A stretch of DNA of 64,000 nt from NCBI RefSeq assembly GCF_044704955.1, contig NC_091979.1, positions 129,828,001 through 129,892,000 of the forward strand, written 5' to 3'. A program made the translations under genes and the position numbers. Below are positions 12,892 to 25,333 of this stretch, piece by piece (the first letter of the stretch is position 1; each line of letters opens with the position of its first letter). The notes below the pieces were generated by a model that had not been told where the DNA came from, did not search any database, and saw only the letters and a program-made list of their open reading frames with translations. This DNA is from Pristiophorus japonicus. Its lineage: Eukaryota.

Positions 12892-13061
12892 CAATGGTCC
12901 CTCTGAGCTGCTCTGCCGTGCAGCAAAGGGAAAGGTCCAGTGCAGGCCCCTCACTGGCTTCTGCACTGTAAATACCACGCATGCGCAGAAATTTAAGGGG
13001 ACAGTCCTCTACTAAAACAAGCAGGCCGTGTAGAACAAAGCGCAGTTTACAGGGAACATTG
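12892..13061. mobile_element. hAT-type MITE, 170 bp
   Basis: TIRs CAATGGTCCCTCTGAGCTGC / GCAGTTTACAGGGAACATTG; 8-bp TSD ctgctgct / ctgctgtt. Confidence 0.8.
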
Positions 13062-13134
13062 CTGCTGTTCCTACTAAGAGGCATTAAAAACCAAGCTCTT
13101 ATTCATGGGAATGAGAAATAGAATAAGCACTCAC

Positions 13135-13280
13135 CAGAAGATGGAGAGATCTGAAGTTTCAACGAGCATTTCAACCAAAGAATCCACCATTTTTGTGTGA
13201 AAAATAATAGTATTCATCATTTTTCCTAGCTCCTTGTGGTCTGACAGATTAAGAGAAGCTTTGGAAACACTGGTGTAAGC
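13135..13280 (-). CDS. NCKAP1: NCKAP1-family coding exon (equiv. exon 16), 146 bp
   Basis: [48 protein letters not shown](C); acceptor cag, donor gtgagt. Confidence 0.95.
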
Positions 13281-13864
13281 CTGTAAAGAAAATAAGTGTT
13301 TTTTTTGGATTAAATATACTGTGTTACGGAGATAAACATTTTTAAAATTCCTCTGCCAATTTTTCCCTTCACCTGGCCTTGAACATAATGAGGTATGGTT
13401 CTACAAACTACCTCCAGCGCCTCAGCCAAGTGGCCTTTCTTTACGTCATAGAATCATCGAAGAAGTCATTCAGTCCATCCTGCTTGTGCCGGCTCTTCGA
13501 AAGAGCGATCCAATTAGTCCCAGTTTCCTGCTCTTTCCCCATAGCCCACAAAATCTTCCCCTTTAAGTATTTTTCCAGTTCCCTTTTGATAGTTATTATT
13601 GAATCAGCTCCCATCACCTTTCAGGCAGTGCATTCTTGATTATAACAACTTGCTGTGTCAAAAAAAAAGTTTCCTCATGTCATCTCTGGTTCTTTTGCCA
13701 ACTACCTGAATTACTGACCCTCTGCATTGGGAACAGTTTCTCCTTATTTACTCAATCAAAACCCTTCATGATTTTGAACACCTTTATCAAATCTTCTCTG
13801 CTCCAAGGAGAACAACCCCAGTTTCTCTAGTCTCTCCACGTAACTGGTCTTTCATTCTGGGTAC

Positions 13865-14856
13865 TCATCATCATCATCATAGGCAGTCCCTCAGAATCAA
13901 GGAAGACTTACTTCCACTCTTAGATTGAGTCCTTGGGTGGCTGAGCAGTCCAATACGTGAACCACAGTCCCTGCCACAGGTGGGACAGACAGTCGTTGAG
14001 GGTAAGGGAGGGTGGGACTGGTTTGCCGCACGTTCGTTCCGCTGCCTGCGCTTGTTTTCTGCAAGCACTCGCGATGAGACTCGAGGCGCTCAGCGTCCTC
14101 CCGGATGCACTTCCTCCACCTAAGGCGGTCTTTGGCCAGGGACTCCCAGGTGTCAGTGGGGATGTCGCACTTTATCAGGGAGGCTTTGAGGATGTCCTTG
14201 TATCGTTTCCTCTGTCCACCTTTGGCTCGTTTGCCATGAAGGAGTTCAGAGTAGAGCGTTGCTTTGGGAGTCTCGTGTCTGGCATGCGGACAATGTGGCC
14301 GGCCCAGCGGAGCTCATAAAGTGTGGTCAGTGCTTCAATGCTGGAGATGTTGGCCTGGTCGAGGATGCGAATATTGGTGCGCCTGACTTCCCAGGGGATT
14401 TGTAGGATTTTGCGGGGGCATCATTGGTGGTATTTCTCCAGCGACTTGAGGTGTCTACTGTACATGGTCCGTATCTCTGAGCTATACAGGAGGGCGGGTA
14501 TTCCTATAGCCCTGTAGACCATGAGCTTTGGTGGCAAGTTTGAGGGCCTGGTCTTTGAACACTCTTTTCCTCAGGCGGCCGAAGGCTGCGCTGGCGCAGA
14601 GACGGTGTTGAATCTCCTCATCAACATCGGTTTTGTTGATATGAGGCTCCCGTGTTATGGGAAATGGTCCACGTTGTCCAGGGCCGTGCCGTGGATCTTG
14701 ATGACTGGGGGGCAGTGCTGTGCGGTGAGGAGAGGACAGGCTGGTGGAGGACCTTTATCTTAGATGTTTAGTGTAAAGCTTTCGTACGCCTCAGTAAATA
14801 GGTCAGCTATGTCCTGGAATTCAGCCTCTGAATTTGCACAGACGCAGGCATTGTCC
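13865..14856 (-). mobile_element. RTE/BovB-like LINE 3' fragment
   Basis: (cat)n tail at 13865; CPTCGRDCGSRIGLLSH zinc-knuckle-like C-terminus. Confidence 0.85.
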
Positions 14857-14866
14857 TATTCTAGTA

Positions 14867-15194
14867 CAGGTTATACCTCGCTAGTCCGGGACTCTCATCT
14901 AGAAACATCCGTGGTGCGACATTAGTTGGGCCTGCAGGAGAGGAGCATTTTTTTTTTAAAGTTTCGATCGGCTGCAATGGCTGATCAGTCAGTGTGTTCG
15001 TCGACCGGCTGGGAGCATGCGTCAGTCAGTGCATGCGCGGGTGCTGAGGGAGCCGTCCACAGGCTGCCGTGGCACGCATTCACACATACAGGAGCCCAGG
15101 CGCTGTCCACCAGTACCAGTAAGCATGGTTCGCGAAATTCTCTGTTCCGGCACCGGTCAAGTCCAGAGGGTGCCCCACTGGAGAAGTACAACTG
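14867..15194. mobile_element. Tc1/mariner (Tigger-like) MITE
   Basis: TA|CAGGTTATACCTC ... GAAGTACAACTG|TA; TA on both sides. Confidence 0.65.
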
Positions 15195-16304
15195 TAATTC
15201 TCCTCTGCACCCTCTCCAAGCCACAACATCCTTCCTTAAGTGTTTTAGAAAGCTTAGCATAACTTCCTTGCTTTTGTACACTCTTCCTCGATTTATAAAA
15301 CCCAGGATCCCATCTGCTTTTTTTTAAAAAAAGCCTTCTTAAAACATGTCCTGCCACTTTCAAAGATTTGCGTACATACACCCACTGGTGTCTCTGTTCC
15401 TGCACCCCCTAGAAAATTGTACTATTTAGTTTATATAGCCTCTCCTCAATCTTCCTACCAAAATGCATCACTTCACACTTCTCTGCATCAAATTTCATTT
15501 TCCAAGTGTCTGCCCATTTCACCTGTCTACATCTGTCTGAAGCCTTTACTATCCTTCTCACTGTTTACCACATTTCCAAGTTTTGTGCCTCTGCAAACTT
15601 TGAAATGATGCCCTCTATACGCAAATCCAGGTTATTAATATACATCAAAAAGAACAGTGGCCCCAAAACTCACCCCTGGGGGACACCACTGAACATTTCC
15701 CTCCAGTCTGATAAACATCCGTCCCCATTACTCTCCGTTTTCTGTATTTTATCCAATTTCACATCCACTACCGCTTTAATCCCACAGGCTTCAATTTTTC
15801 GAACAAGTCGATTATGTGGTACTTTATCAAATGCCTTTTTAAAGTCCAAATGCACATCAACTGCAGTACCCTCATTAACTTTCTCTGTTACTTCATCAAA
15901 GAACTCAATCAAGTTAGCATGTGTGAAATTAGACCATGTCAGCAAGTTTTCTGATTGCTGGGGAGCAGGATTTGCTCTATTCTAGGTGAGCTAATGCACT
16001 AATTGCAGTCCCTATCTGGCTACAATGTCCAAGATCAGCTACCTCAGTACAGTTCAGGAATCCAAGCAGGATCGTCCTGCTCTGTGGCTAAGAACCAGGT
16101 AGCCATAGATGTAAAGTTTAAAACTGCAATACTCATATGAAATACCTATAGCATGCAACACTAAATTAAGGATTACAAGTTTAATATAAGCAAACCAAAC
16201 AGTAATTGCACAGACTTAGAGAATATGATAGTTAAAACTAAAGTGGAAATACATCAGTGACTGTAATCAATCACTGCCACCCAAAGGAAAACCAAACTAC
16301 TCCA

Positions 16305-16495
16305 ACTCCAAAATAAAGATAAAATGTTGCAAGTACTCAGCAGGTCTGTAAGCATGTAAATGAGTATGTATTCTTAACCATAATTCTGACAAAACATCAA
16401 CCCACCTTTTCTCTTCACAGATGATAATGGGCCTGGTGTTGATTTACAACATTTTCTATCATTCCAGATTTCCAGCAATTGAAGTTTTTCTTTTT
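16305..16495. mobile_element. Penelope-like element terminal remnant
   Basis: aaaatgttgcaagtactcagcaggtc ... cacagatg ... acaacattttct ... agatttccagca quasi-palindromic terminus, as recalled for shark Penelope repeats. Confidence 0.5.
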
Positions 16496-16502
16496 ATATT
16501 AC

Positions 16503-17075
16503 AACTACTTGTATTTATATAGCACCATGAACACAGTAAAACATCCCAAGGTGCTTCACAGAAGCATTATAAAACAAAATTTGACACCGATCCACGTAAG
16601 TAGATATTAGGACAACTTGATCAAAGAGGTAGATTTTAAGGAATGTCTTAAAAAAGAGGAATGAGAGGCAGAGGGGCTTAGTTTTGGCAGCTGAAGGCAT
16701 GGCCACCAATGCTCGCTATTAAAATATGGTATGTTCAAGAGACCAGAGTTAGAGAAGCACAGATATTTCGGAGGGTTGCGGGTCTGGAGGAAATTAGAGA
16801 TGGGGGACGCTGGGGGAGGGATGTAGGCTACGGAGGAATTTGATAAGGATGAGAATTTTAAAATCAAGACGTTGTTTAACTAGGAGCCAATATAGGTCAG
16901 CGAGCACAGGGGTGATGGATAAATGGGACTTGGTGCGAGTTAGAACATGGGAAGCAGAGTTTTGGATGACCTCAAGTTTAGAGGGTAGAACATGGGAGGC
17001 AGGCCAGGAGTGCGTTGCAATAGTCAAATAGAGAGGTAACAAAGGGTGTCAGCAGATGATGAGCTGAGGCAGCAG
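16503..17075 (-). mobile_element. L2 LINE 3' fragment
   Basis: aactacttgtatttatatagc tail; ITPVLADLYWLLVKQRLDFKIL. Confidence 0.85.
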
Positions 17076-18130
17076 TGGTCTTTTCTCAATCACAAATCAA
17101 ATATTTGGTCTTATATTATTAAAATCAGATGGTAGTATCAGGATACAAGATCATCCAACAGTGGTCACCTAATCCTGAGAAAACAGACCAAATGAAATTA
17201 TATTTATGGGATGTTGGAACAAAATTACTTGATTGAAATCTTGAAGAAATCCAATATAAACTGTGGATGGTTTGTAATTTCTTTGTATAAATTGTATTCT
17301 GCCAATAATTCAGTTTGTTTGATCTTGTACTACAGACAGAATTTATAAATCCTTGTCTAAATCATTTTTTCATTATAATAGAGTAATGCAATAATTTCTT
17401 CAAATCAAACTTCAAGGCTGCAATCTTTTGGCCTGATTATTCTCTCAAGCTGCATTTCAGGCATCGAGGTGGATCCTCATGGCGCACACAAACATAGGAA
17501 AAAAGGCAGCAAAAGACCAGCTGGTTCATCGAGCCTGTCTCATTTAGTGATGTAACAACTAAGTATTATGACCCTCAATACTAGAGGGCTGCATCTATCC
17601 ACTAGCAGAGGGCAACATTTTTTTTTTAATTCCACAGCAAATTTGGATAAAAGAATTCTGGAAAAATTCTTTCCAGCTATTCAGATACCTTATACTGTAC
17701 AAGAAAGCACATCATGTATTGCATTCCTTCATTAAAACAGAAAACCAATTGCGACTGCAAAACAGTTAAAACCATTTCAGCTTTATTTTCCTCTGAGAAT
17801 ATATGGATAGATGTTCAAACAGATGGCAAATCTCCAAGTTCATAAAAATATACTAACAAGTATAAATTAACAACTTCCAGTTAGCCAAATTGCAATTTTT
17901 GCTTATGACTAACAGTTCACGCCAATGAGCATGCTTTCCAAATTCAGGGGAGGAAAGAGGAGAATAAGCAACAAGATCTTCCCCACTAACATTTACTAAT
18001 TCCAGAGCTTTCTTTGATTGTACCAAACTATGAAAATATCATGGAACTTCAATTCAACTGAAATTTATTTGTGCAAATATATTACTATGTTTTTCAACAC
18101 CGTCATCTAAAAAAATCACTCTGCTCTTAC

Positions 18131-18189
18131 CTGTAGTCTAAACCAGTCCAGTCTCATTCCTCTGAAATCAAATACTTCTCCATCTTCAA
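18131..18189 (-). CDS. NCKAP1: NCKAP1-family coding exon (equiv. exon 15), 59 bp
   Basis: (V)[19 protein letters not shown]; acceptor tag, donor gtaaga. Confidence 0.95.
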
Positions 18190-18322
18190 CTATATTATGC
18201 AGAAAGAATGTTTGACATTACTACAGAAAAATAACATTACATTATATGGCATAAATTTACTTTTTTTCAGAATTCAATCTCAAAGTAGGCAAAATAATGA
18301 AGTATCTGTTAGTATACATCAC

Positions 18323-18404
18323 CTTGCTTTACACTCAAGGAAGTCATAGTGTTCACAAAGGAAGACATAATGATGGATTCATCTTCTGGACACACGGAAA
18401 GATT
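18323..18404 (-). CDS. NCKAP1: NCKAP1-family coding exon (equiv. exon 14), 82 bp
   Basis: [27 protein letters not shown](V); acceptor tag, donor gtgatg. Confidence 0.95.
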
Positions 18405-19483
18405 CTAGTATGGAAAAATAGCATGAAAATATTAAATAATGCTAAAATAGTTATTTACTTCTTTGAGGTAGAGGTGGGAGGGAATTGTACAAGAATACAA
18501 GATTCACGTCTTTGAAAAAAAAACTCTTACTTTATTAGAATCCATTTGTTGCTATAACTTGAGCTTATGATAGTAAATATCCTTGTTTTTCCATACGTGA
18601 CATAAGCCTGCATGTGGGACTCATGTTCCACTGTAAACATTATACCGGTGACTTTAAAAAATCTGCCCTGCCAGAAAGGAGCTGCATGCTGTCCACGATG
18701 TTTGTGATCATTAAAATTAAAAGTTGGAAAATCATAGATGGTTTCACCTGAACTTCTGATGTTCACTAGTGGCAGGCAAGGCTGCCCGCTGGCAGTGAGG
18801 ATTTCTATGAAATTATTCCATACAAAAGGAAACATCTTTGTACACTGTAGAAGCTAAAATAGTGAAGGTATGTTCAAGTTTGGGAGTGATAGTGGCAATA
18901 AACTATTCACGTGAATAGAACACATTGATTAGAAAGATAAATTACTTACATGATAAAGTCTTTTCCACTTCAAGTAATCTGAATCTTCCACACATAAGCA
19001 AAGTCTAGCTTGATAAATTGTGGGAAACCACATGCTAAGCATGCATATGAAAATGGAATATTGACATACATGCCAAAAGTAGCCTCCTACTCTGGTGACA
19101 TAGAAAGAAGGCATTGGGACCTGAAACATAGTGCTCGTCTGTTTTGATCTGAAATTAAACACGTGCTACAAACCCATCTAAAAATATACCTCAGCGAGTC
19201 CTGGGGGATGGATGATTGGAATGGTGAAGGATGCATAGCATTTGAACAATGATGATGATCCTACTAGATAGGTAATCTATCTTCAACTTTCTGCATTTGC
19301 CAGATATCTTAGGAATATAGCACAGTAGTACAAAATTAGAAATGGGGCAAGACACCCCTGCAGATCAGGCATAGGTAGCAAGCATGTAATAATTTTCCAA
19401 GGGAATGGACACACACTGTAATTAAATATAGATAATAATACTTAGTAAATGTGCAAGAATTGCTCCGCATAGCAGCTTTGCAA

Positions 19484-22460
19484 ATAGAAACATAGAAACA
19501 TAGAAAATAGGTGCAGGAGCAGGCCATTCAGCCCTTCTAGCCTGCATCACCATTCAATGAGTTCATGGCTGAACATGAAACTTCAGTACCCCCTTCCTGC
19601 TTTCATGCCATACCCCTTGATCCCCCGAGTAGTAAGGACTTCATCTAACTCCCTTTTGAATATATTTAGTGAATTGGCCTCAACTACTTTCTGTGGTCGA
19701 GAATTCCACAGGTTCACCACTCTCTGGGTGAAGAAGTTTCTCCTTATCTCGGTCCTAAATGGCTTACCCCTTATCCTTAGACTGTGACCCCTGGTTCTGG
19801 ACTTCCCCAACATTGGGAACATTCTTCCTGCATCCAACCTGTCCAAACCCGTCAGAATTTTAAACGTTTCTATGAGGTCCCCTCTCACTCTTCTGAACTC
19901 CAGTGAATACAAGCCCAGTTGATCCAGTCTTTCTTGATGGGTCAGTCCCGTCATCCCGGGAATCAGTCTGGTGAACCTTCGCTGCACTCCCTCAATAGCA
20001 AGAATATCCTTCCTCAAGTTAGGAGACCAAAACTGTACACAATACTCCAGGTGTGGCCTCACCAAGGCCCTGTACAACTGTAGCAACACCTCCCTGCCCC
20101 AGTACTCAAATCCCCTCGCTATGAAGGCCAACATGCCATTTGCTTTCTTAACCGCCTGCTGTACCTGCATGCCAACCTTCAATGACTGATATACCATGAC
20201 ACCCAAGTCTCGTTGCACCTTCCCTTTTCCTAATCTGTCACCATTCAGATAATAGTCTGTCTCTCTGTTTTTACCACCAAAGTGGATAACCTCACATTTA
20301 TCCACATTATACTTCATCTGCCACGCATTTGCCCACTCACCTAACCTATCCAAGTCACTCTGCAGCCTCATAGCATCCTCCTCGCAGCTCACACTGCCAC
20401 CCAACTTAGTGTCATCCGCAAATTTGGAGATACTACATTTAATCCCCTCGTCTAAATCATTAATGTACAATGTAAACAGCTGGGGCCCCAGCACAGAACC
20501 CTGCGGTACCCCACTAGTCACTGCCTGCCATTCCGAAAAGTACCCATTTACTCCTACTCTTTGCTTCCTGTCTGACAACCAGTTCTCAATCCACGTCAGC
20601 ACACTACCCCCAATCCCATGTGCTTTAACTTTGCACATTAATCTCCTGTGTGGGACCTTGTCGAAAGCCTTCTGAAAGTCCAAATATACCACATCAACTG
20701 GTACTCCTTTGTCCACTTTATTGGAAACATCCTCAAATAATTCCAGAAGATTTGTCAAGCATGATCTCCCTTTCACAAATCCATGCTGACTTGGACCCAT
20801 CATGTCACCATTTTCCAAATGCATTGCTATGACATCCTTACTAATTGATTCCATCATTTTACCCACTACTGAGGTCAGGCTGACCGGTCTATAATTCCCT
20901 GTTTTCTCTCTCCCTCCTTTTTTAAAAAGTGGGGTTACATTGGCTACCCTCCACTCGATAGCAACTGATCCAGAGTCAATGGAATGTTGGAAAATGACTG
21001 TCAATGCATCCGCTATTTCCAAGGCCACCTCCTTAAGTACTCTGGGATGCAGTCCATCAGGCCCTGGGGATTTATCGGCCTTCAATCCCATCAATTTCCC
21101 CAACACAATTTCCCGACTAATAAAGATTTCCCTCAGTTCCTTCTCCTTACTAGACCCTCTGACCCCTTTTATATCCGGAAGGTTGTTTGTGTTCTCCTTA
21201 GTGAATACTGAACCAAAGTACTTGTTCAATTGGTCTGCCATTTCTTTGTTCCCCATTATGACTTCCCCTGATTCTGACTGCAGGGGACCTACGTTTGTCT
21301 TTACTAACCTTTTTCTCTTTACATACCTATAGAAACTTTTGCAATCCGCCTTAATGTTCCCTGCAAGCTTCTTCTCGTACTCCATTTTCCCTGCCCTAAT
21401 CAAACCCTTTGTCCTCCTCTGCTGAGTTCTAAATTTCTCCCAGTCCCCAGGTTCGCTGCTATTTCTGGCCAATTTGCATGCCATTTCCTTGGCTTTAATA
21501 CTATCCCTGATTTCCCTAGATAGCCACGGTTGAGCCACCTTCGCTTTTTTATTTTTACGCCAGACAGGAATGTACAATTGTTGTAATTCATCCATGCGGT
21601 CTCTAAATGTCTGCCATTGCCCATCCACAGTCAACCCCTTAAATATCATTAGCCAATCTATCTTAGCCAATTCATGCCTCATACCTTCAAAGTTAGCCTT
21701 CTTTAAGTTCTGGACCATGGTCTCTGAATTAACTGTTTCATTCTCCATCTTAATGCAGAATTCCACCATATTATGGTCACTCTTTCCCAAGGGGCCTCGC
21801 ACAATGAGATTGCTAATTAATCCTCTCTCATTACACAACACCCAGTCTAAGATGGCCTCCCCCCTAGTTGGTTCCTCGACATATTGGTCTAGAAAACCAT
21901 CCCTTTTGCACTCCAGGAAATCCTCCTCCACCGTATTGCTTCCAGTTTGGCTAGCCCAATCTATGTGCATATTAAAGTCACCCATTATAACTGCTGCACC
22001 TTTATTGCATGCACTCCTAATTTCCTGTTTGATGCCCTCCCCAACATCACTACTACTGTTTGGAGGTCTGTACACAACTCCCACTAACGATTTTTGCCCT
22101 TTAGTGTTCTGCAGCTCTACCCATATAGATTCCACATCATCCAAGCTAATGTCTTGCCTAACTATTGCATTAATCTCCTCTTTAAGCAGCAATGCTACCC
22201 CACCTCCTTTTCCTTTTATTCTATCCTTCCTGAATGTTGAATACCTCTGGATGTTGAGTTCCCAGCCCTGATCATCCTGGAGCCACGTCTCCGTAATCCC
22301 AATCACATCATATTTGTTAACATCTATTTGCACAGTTAATTCATCCACCTTATTGCGGATACTCCTTGCATTAAGACACAAAGCCTTCAGGCTTGCTTTT
22401 TTAACACCCTTTGTCCTTTTAGAATTTTGCTGTACAGTGGCCCTTTTTGTTCTTTGCCTT
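19484..22460 (-). mobile_element. Young 5'-truncated CR1 LINE with intact ORF2
   Basis: (tttctatg)n tail at 19484-19510; contains the uninterrupted 932-aa ORF. Confidence 0.97.
19583..22381 (-). CDS. CR1 ORF2: APE-type endonuclease + reverse transcriptase (932 aa, start codon uncertain)
   Basis: EN motifs NARS, ITETW, VYRPP, GDFN, LDWV, SDH; RT motifs PGPDG, NYRPVSLTS, QHGF, LDFQKAFD, PQGSVLGP, FADD. Confidence 0.95.
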   Translation of the reverse strand: MCLNARSIRNKVDELTVQIDVNKYDVIGITETWLQDDQGWELNIQRYSTFRKDRIKGKGGGVALLLKEEINAIVRQDISLDDVESIWVELQNTKGQKSLVGVVYRPPNSSSDVGEGIKQEIRSACNKGAAVIMGDFNMHIDWASQTGSNTVEEDFLECKRDGFLDQYVEEPTRGEAILDWVLCNERGLISNLIVRGPLGKSDHNMVEFCIKMENETVNSETMVQNLKKANFEGMRHELAKIDWLMIFKGLTVDGQWQTFRDRMDELQQLYIPVWRKNKKAKVAQPWLSREIRDSIKAKEMACKLARNSSEPGDWEKFRTQQRRTKGLIRAGKMEYEKKLAGNIKADCKSFYRYVKRKRLVKTNVGPLQSESGEVIMGNKEMADQLNKYFGSVFTKENTNNLPDIKGVRGSSKEKELREIFISREIVLGKLMGLKADKSPGPDGLHPRVLKEVALEIADALTVIFQHSIDSGSVAIEWRVANVTPLFKKGGREKTGNYRPVSLTSVVGKMMESISKDVIAMHLENGDMMGPSQHGFVKGRSCLTNLLELFEDVSNKVDKGVPVDVVYLDFQKAFDKVPHRRLMCKVKAHGIGGSVLTWIENWLSDRKQRVGVNGYFSEWQAVTSGVPQGSVLGPQLFTLYINDLDEGIKCSISKFADDTKLGGSVSCEEDAMRLQSDLDRLGEWANAWQMKYNVDKCEVIHFGGKNRETDYYLNGDRLGKGKVQRDLGVMVYQSLKVGMQVQQAVKKANGMLAFIARGFEYWGREVLLQLYRALVRPHLEYCVQFWSPNLRKDILAIEGVQRRFTRLIPGMTGLTHQERLDQLGLYSLEFRRVRGDLIETFKILTGLDRLDAGRMFPMLGKSRTRGHSLRIRGKPFRTEIRRNFFTQRVVNLWNSRPQKVVEANSLNIFKRELDEVLTTRGIKGYGMKAGRGY

Positions 22461-23039
22461 GGTATTAAATGGTATTAATTGGCTGAAACGACCATGGAAC
22501 CTATGGAATGTTGCATAACTTTTTGCCTGGACTTCTTTCCTGCAAGATGGTAGAAGTATAGGATGTCCTCAACTCACCATTTAGCTATCTGCTACTTGGG
22601 AACTGGAGTGCCCTGGATCATTGCACCATAAAAGAAATGAGCAATTTGCTCTGTGCAGGAGGCACAGGAGGTAACTTGGGCTCGACAAGAATCACAGAAG
22701 CACAGTGGGAAAAAATGTTTCAGTTCCGGCTTGCCTAGCTAGAGATAAAAATCACAGGACAACTTCTTGATTAAAATGAAACTGAGATGTGACTTTAGAG
22801 AAATCTCCAGATGAATCCTAAGGACTTCCCTGGTGGAATGCTAAATCAAATAAGCCTGATCTACAATTAGGGCCTGTAATTCACCAACTTTGTGAGCCAA
22901 AACATACCAACAGCAATACAACTTTCCACAGAAGAAACTCACACATTCAAACTCCACTTTTCCAGATTTTCCATGCTTCTCTCCCACTCTGGCATTCTAC
23001 TGTAACCATTCACACATTCTCTGGGTCTTCGATACATCT

Positions 23040-23290
23040 TTTATTTCTCTAATTATTGCCTCCTTTTGTCTTACACAATTACAACTTCTGTCACTTAATT
23101 ACCTCATGTCCGAATCACAGACCATTCTTTCTTGTTCTCCACATCCCCTCCCACCCCCCCGCCTTGTCACTGGCTCTTTTCTTCCTTATGTTTTGATGAA
23201 GGGTCACAGGACCTGGAGTGTTAACTCTACATTCCTCTCTCTGCAGATGCTGTCTGACCTCCATTATTCCAGTATTTTCTATTTTAATAT
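23040..23290 (+). mobile_element. Penelope-like element 3' remnant with decayed hammerhead motif
   Basis: ttgatgaagggtcacaggacctggagtgttaactc...tctctgcagatgctgtctgacct..ttccagtattttct. Confidence 0.55.
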
Positions 23291-25333
23291 CAAAGAATGT
23301 TGAAAGATGCAGATATGAGGTTGTGAAGAACTATACTAAAGTCTCAATTGGAAATCAGTGAGATTTAACTGGGTATATTTTTTAAGTAGCTTGCATAAAA
23401 CAGGACAAAAAACACAAAATATAAACAGGTCATGAATGACTAATTCATATTTTGGCTATTTCAATGTTGAACTAGTCCTGGCATGTGGACATGAAATGAG
23501 ATGGAACGAACCAACTTTACAGAACATTAATTTCACCCCTCTTTGTATTACAATTCTGTTAGTGGTTGACCTATGGGAATTAATCAAGAAATCTACCACA
23601 GGGGATGAAAAAACACTGATTTTACAGCTGCTTCTTTGTTAACCAGGTGGTCAACCAGAATGCAATTTTTGACTGTCGCAGAATGCAACATATCAAGCAA
23701 CAACACAAGCCTTGATTTAAAATAAATCTATATATGTTTAAAATAAAAAACCCAAGACAAAACTAAACCAAACATGGGTACTGAGGAGCTGGGTTTTGAA
23801 TCACTACTCCAAACATACAAACTCAAGTAACTATGTTATATTTGAGAGCAAGTGAATGTTTTTCAGGCTCATTTAAATTGAACTGAAGCTCTGATACATG
23901 TGCAGGTCTTGTATACCATGGGGGAGTGGGTTAGGGTTAAGGTTAGATGGCCTGTTCATATAATTTCCATAGAAAGTAATCTGGAGCTGGTTAGCTTCAG
24001 GATCATGTGAAGCTGCCAAAAGAAGATATTTTATCACTGAAATATTTGAATTTTGGAAAATTACTCCGCAAACAAATGTGTGTGTAATGATTAACACACT
24101 GGACATGTCAGCAGTGCATAGGCAATTGTGAACCGTTAATATAAACTGTGGAGGAAATTAACATTTTCTAAAATTGGGAAACTAAAGAACGTTTTATTTT
24201 GCGTATTTAATAAACATTTTATAAGATACAGAATAAAACTAAAGCTATGGCTTTACTTGTCCTTTTTTGCTGTCCAATGTACAAATACAATTGATGAATT
24301 AACAAGATTCATACTCCATCTACTGGCTGTATATTGCATGTGAAATTTCAAGAACCTGAGTTTGACTCAAAGTAATTGCTCAACGATCCTTTGAAGTTTA
24401 ACAAGTGTTTATTATAGTTCTTCATTATCACAAAACCAGCAACAGATGATATTCTGTCTCCTCTCCTATTTAGTTTTGCCTTTTTAACTCTACTATAGAG
24501 GTGTTGAAAATTAGCTGGACAGGAAAGATAACTAATGTTCTTACACCTCACCTCTGTCCCTCTCTCCCTGCCCTGAGAGAATTGGTGAGTCTAGAAGTAG
24601 TGGGGTGCATATGAACATGGGGAAGGGACGGTAGGCACATGCAATGAAGGGGGGGGGGTGCAGAGAAGCACAGAAGAGGGCATGCATAAAGAGGGAAGAA
24701 ATGTATGTGTGCAGGGAAGTGCACATGTAGAGAAAGCAGAGCACAAAAAGAGCTCAACACAGAACAAGCGAGCAGAGAGCATGCCCATGCAGTGAGCGAT
24801 TCAGAACAGCGCACTATGCAGGGACTAAATGTGGAAAGTGCGAGAGTAGATTTACACGAACTGGTGCTTGCGTGTACGAGACCATGCACACACGTGAAAG
24901 AGAACAAAGGAGAATACAGGAAATTACAGACAGCACAAAGGAATGATGCAGAAAGATCAGCACAGACTGAGCACCTGCACAGGGACAGAGGGAGCACAGA
25001 CATGCACACAGAGGGAGGGAGAGAGAAGAGAAAAAAAGACATACATTCTTTCCCTGCCTCACACTTTTAAAATTAGAACTTTAGCATTTTCCACGCTGGA
25101 CTCAAAATTCATATTGCAAACTGTACTCTTTCAAGAGTACTGCAGAAGACTGTACAACAAAGTAATTCACTGTAGAGTGACATATTTAACAGATGAAAAA
25201 TATTTTGGATTTGACCATCATCATTTGTGCAAAGAGTTACAACAATGAACCAAAATTACACAGCCTTAGCTAATGTCCTTTGTCACTACGATAATACTAT
25301 CTATGTTTCATTAATATTCTGCATTAATCTTAC

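Larger units (their letters stand above)
13448..15920 (-). mobile_element. Old CR1 LINE split by RTE and MITE insertions (pieces about 13448-13860 and 15197-15920)
   Basis: HLDFKKAFDKVPH..SGVPQG (ORF 15670..15945); atagaatc tail near 13448. Confidence 0.75.

Noticed and set aside
19557-22271. Plus-strand ORFs overlapping CR1 ORF2 (e.g. 21570..22271, 233 aa)
   Set aside because: Antisense shadow ORFs of an intact retroelement ORF; similar ones recur in other CR1 copies
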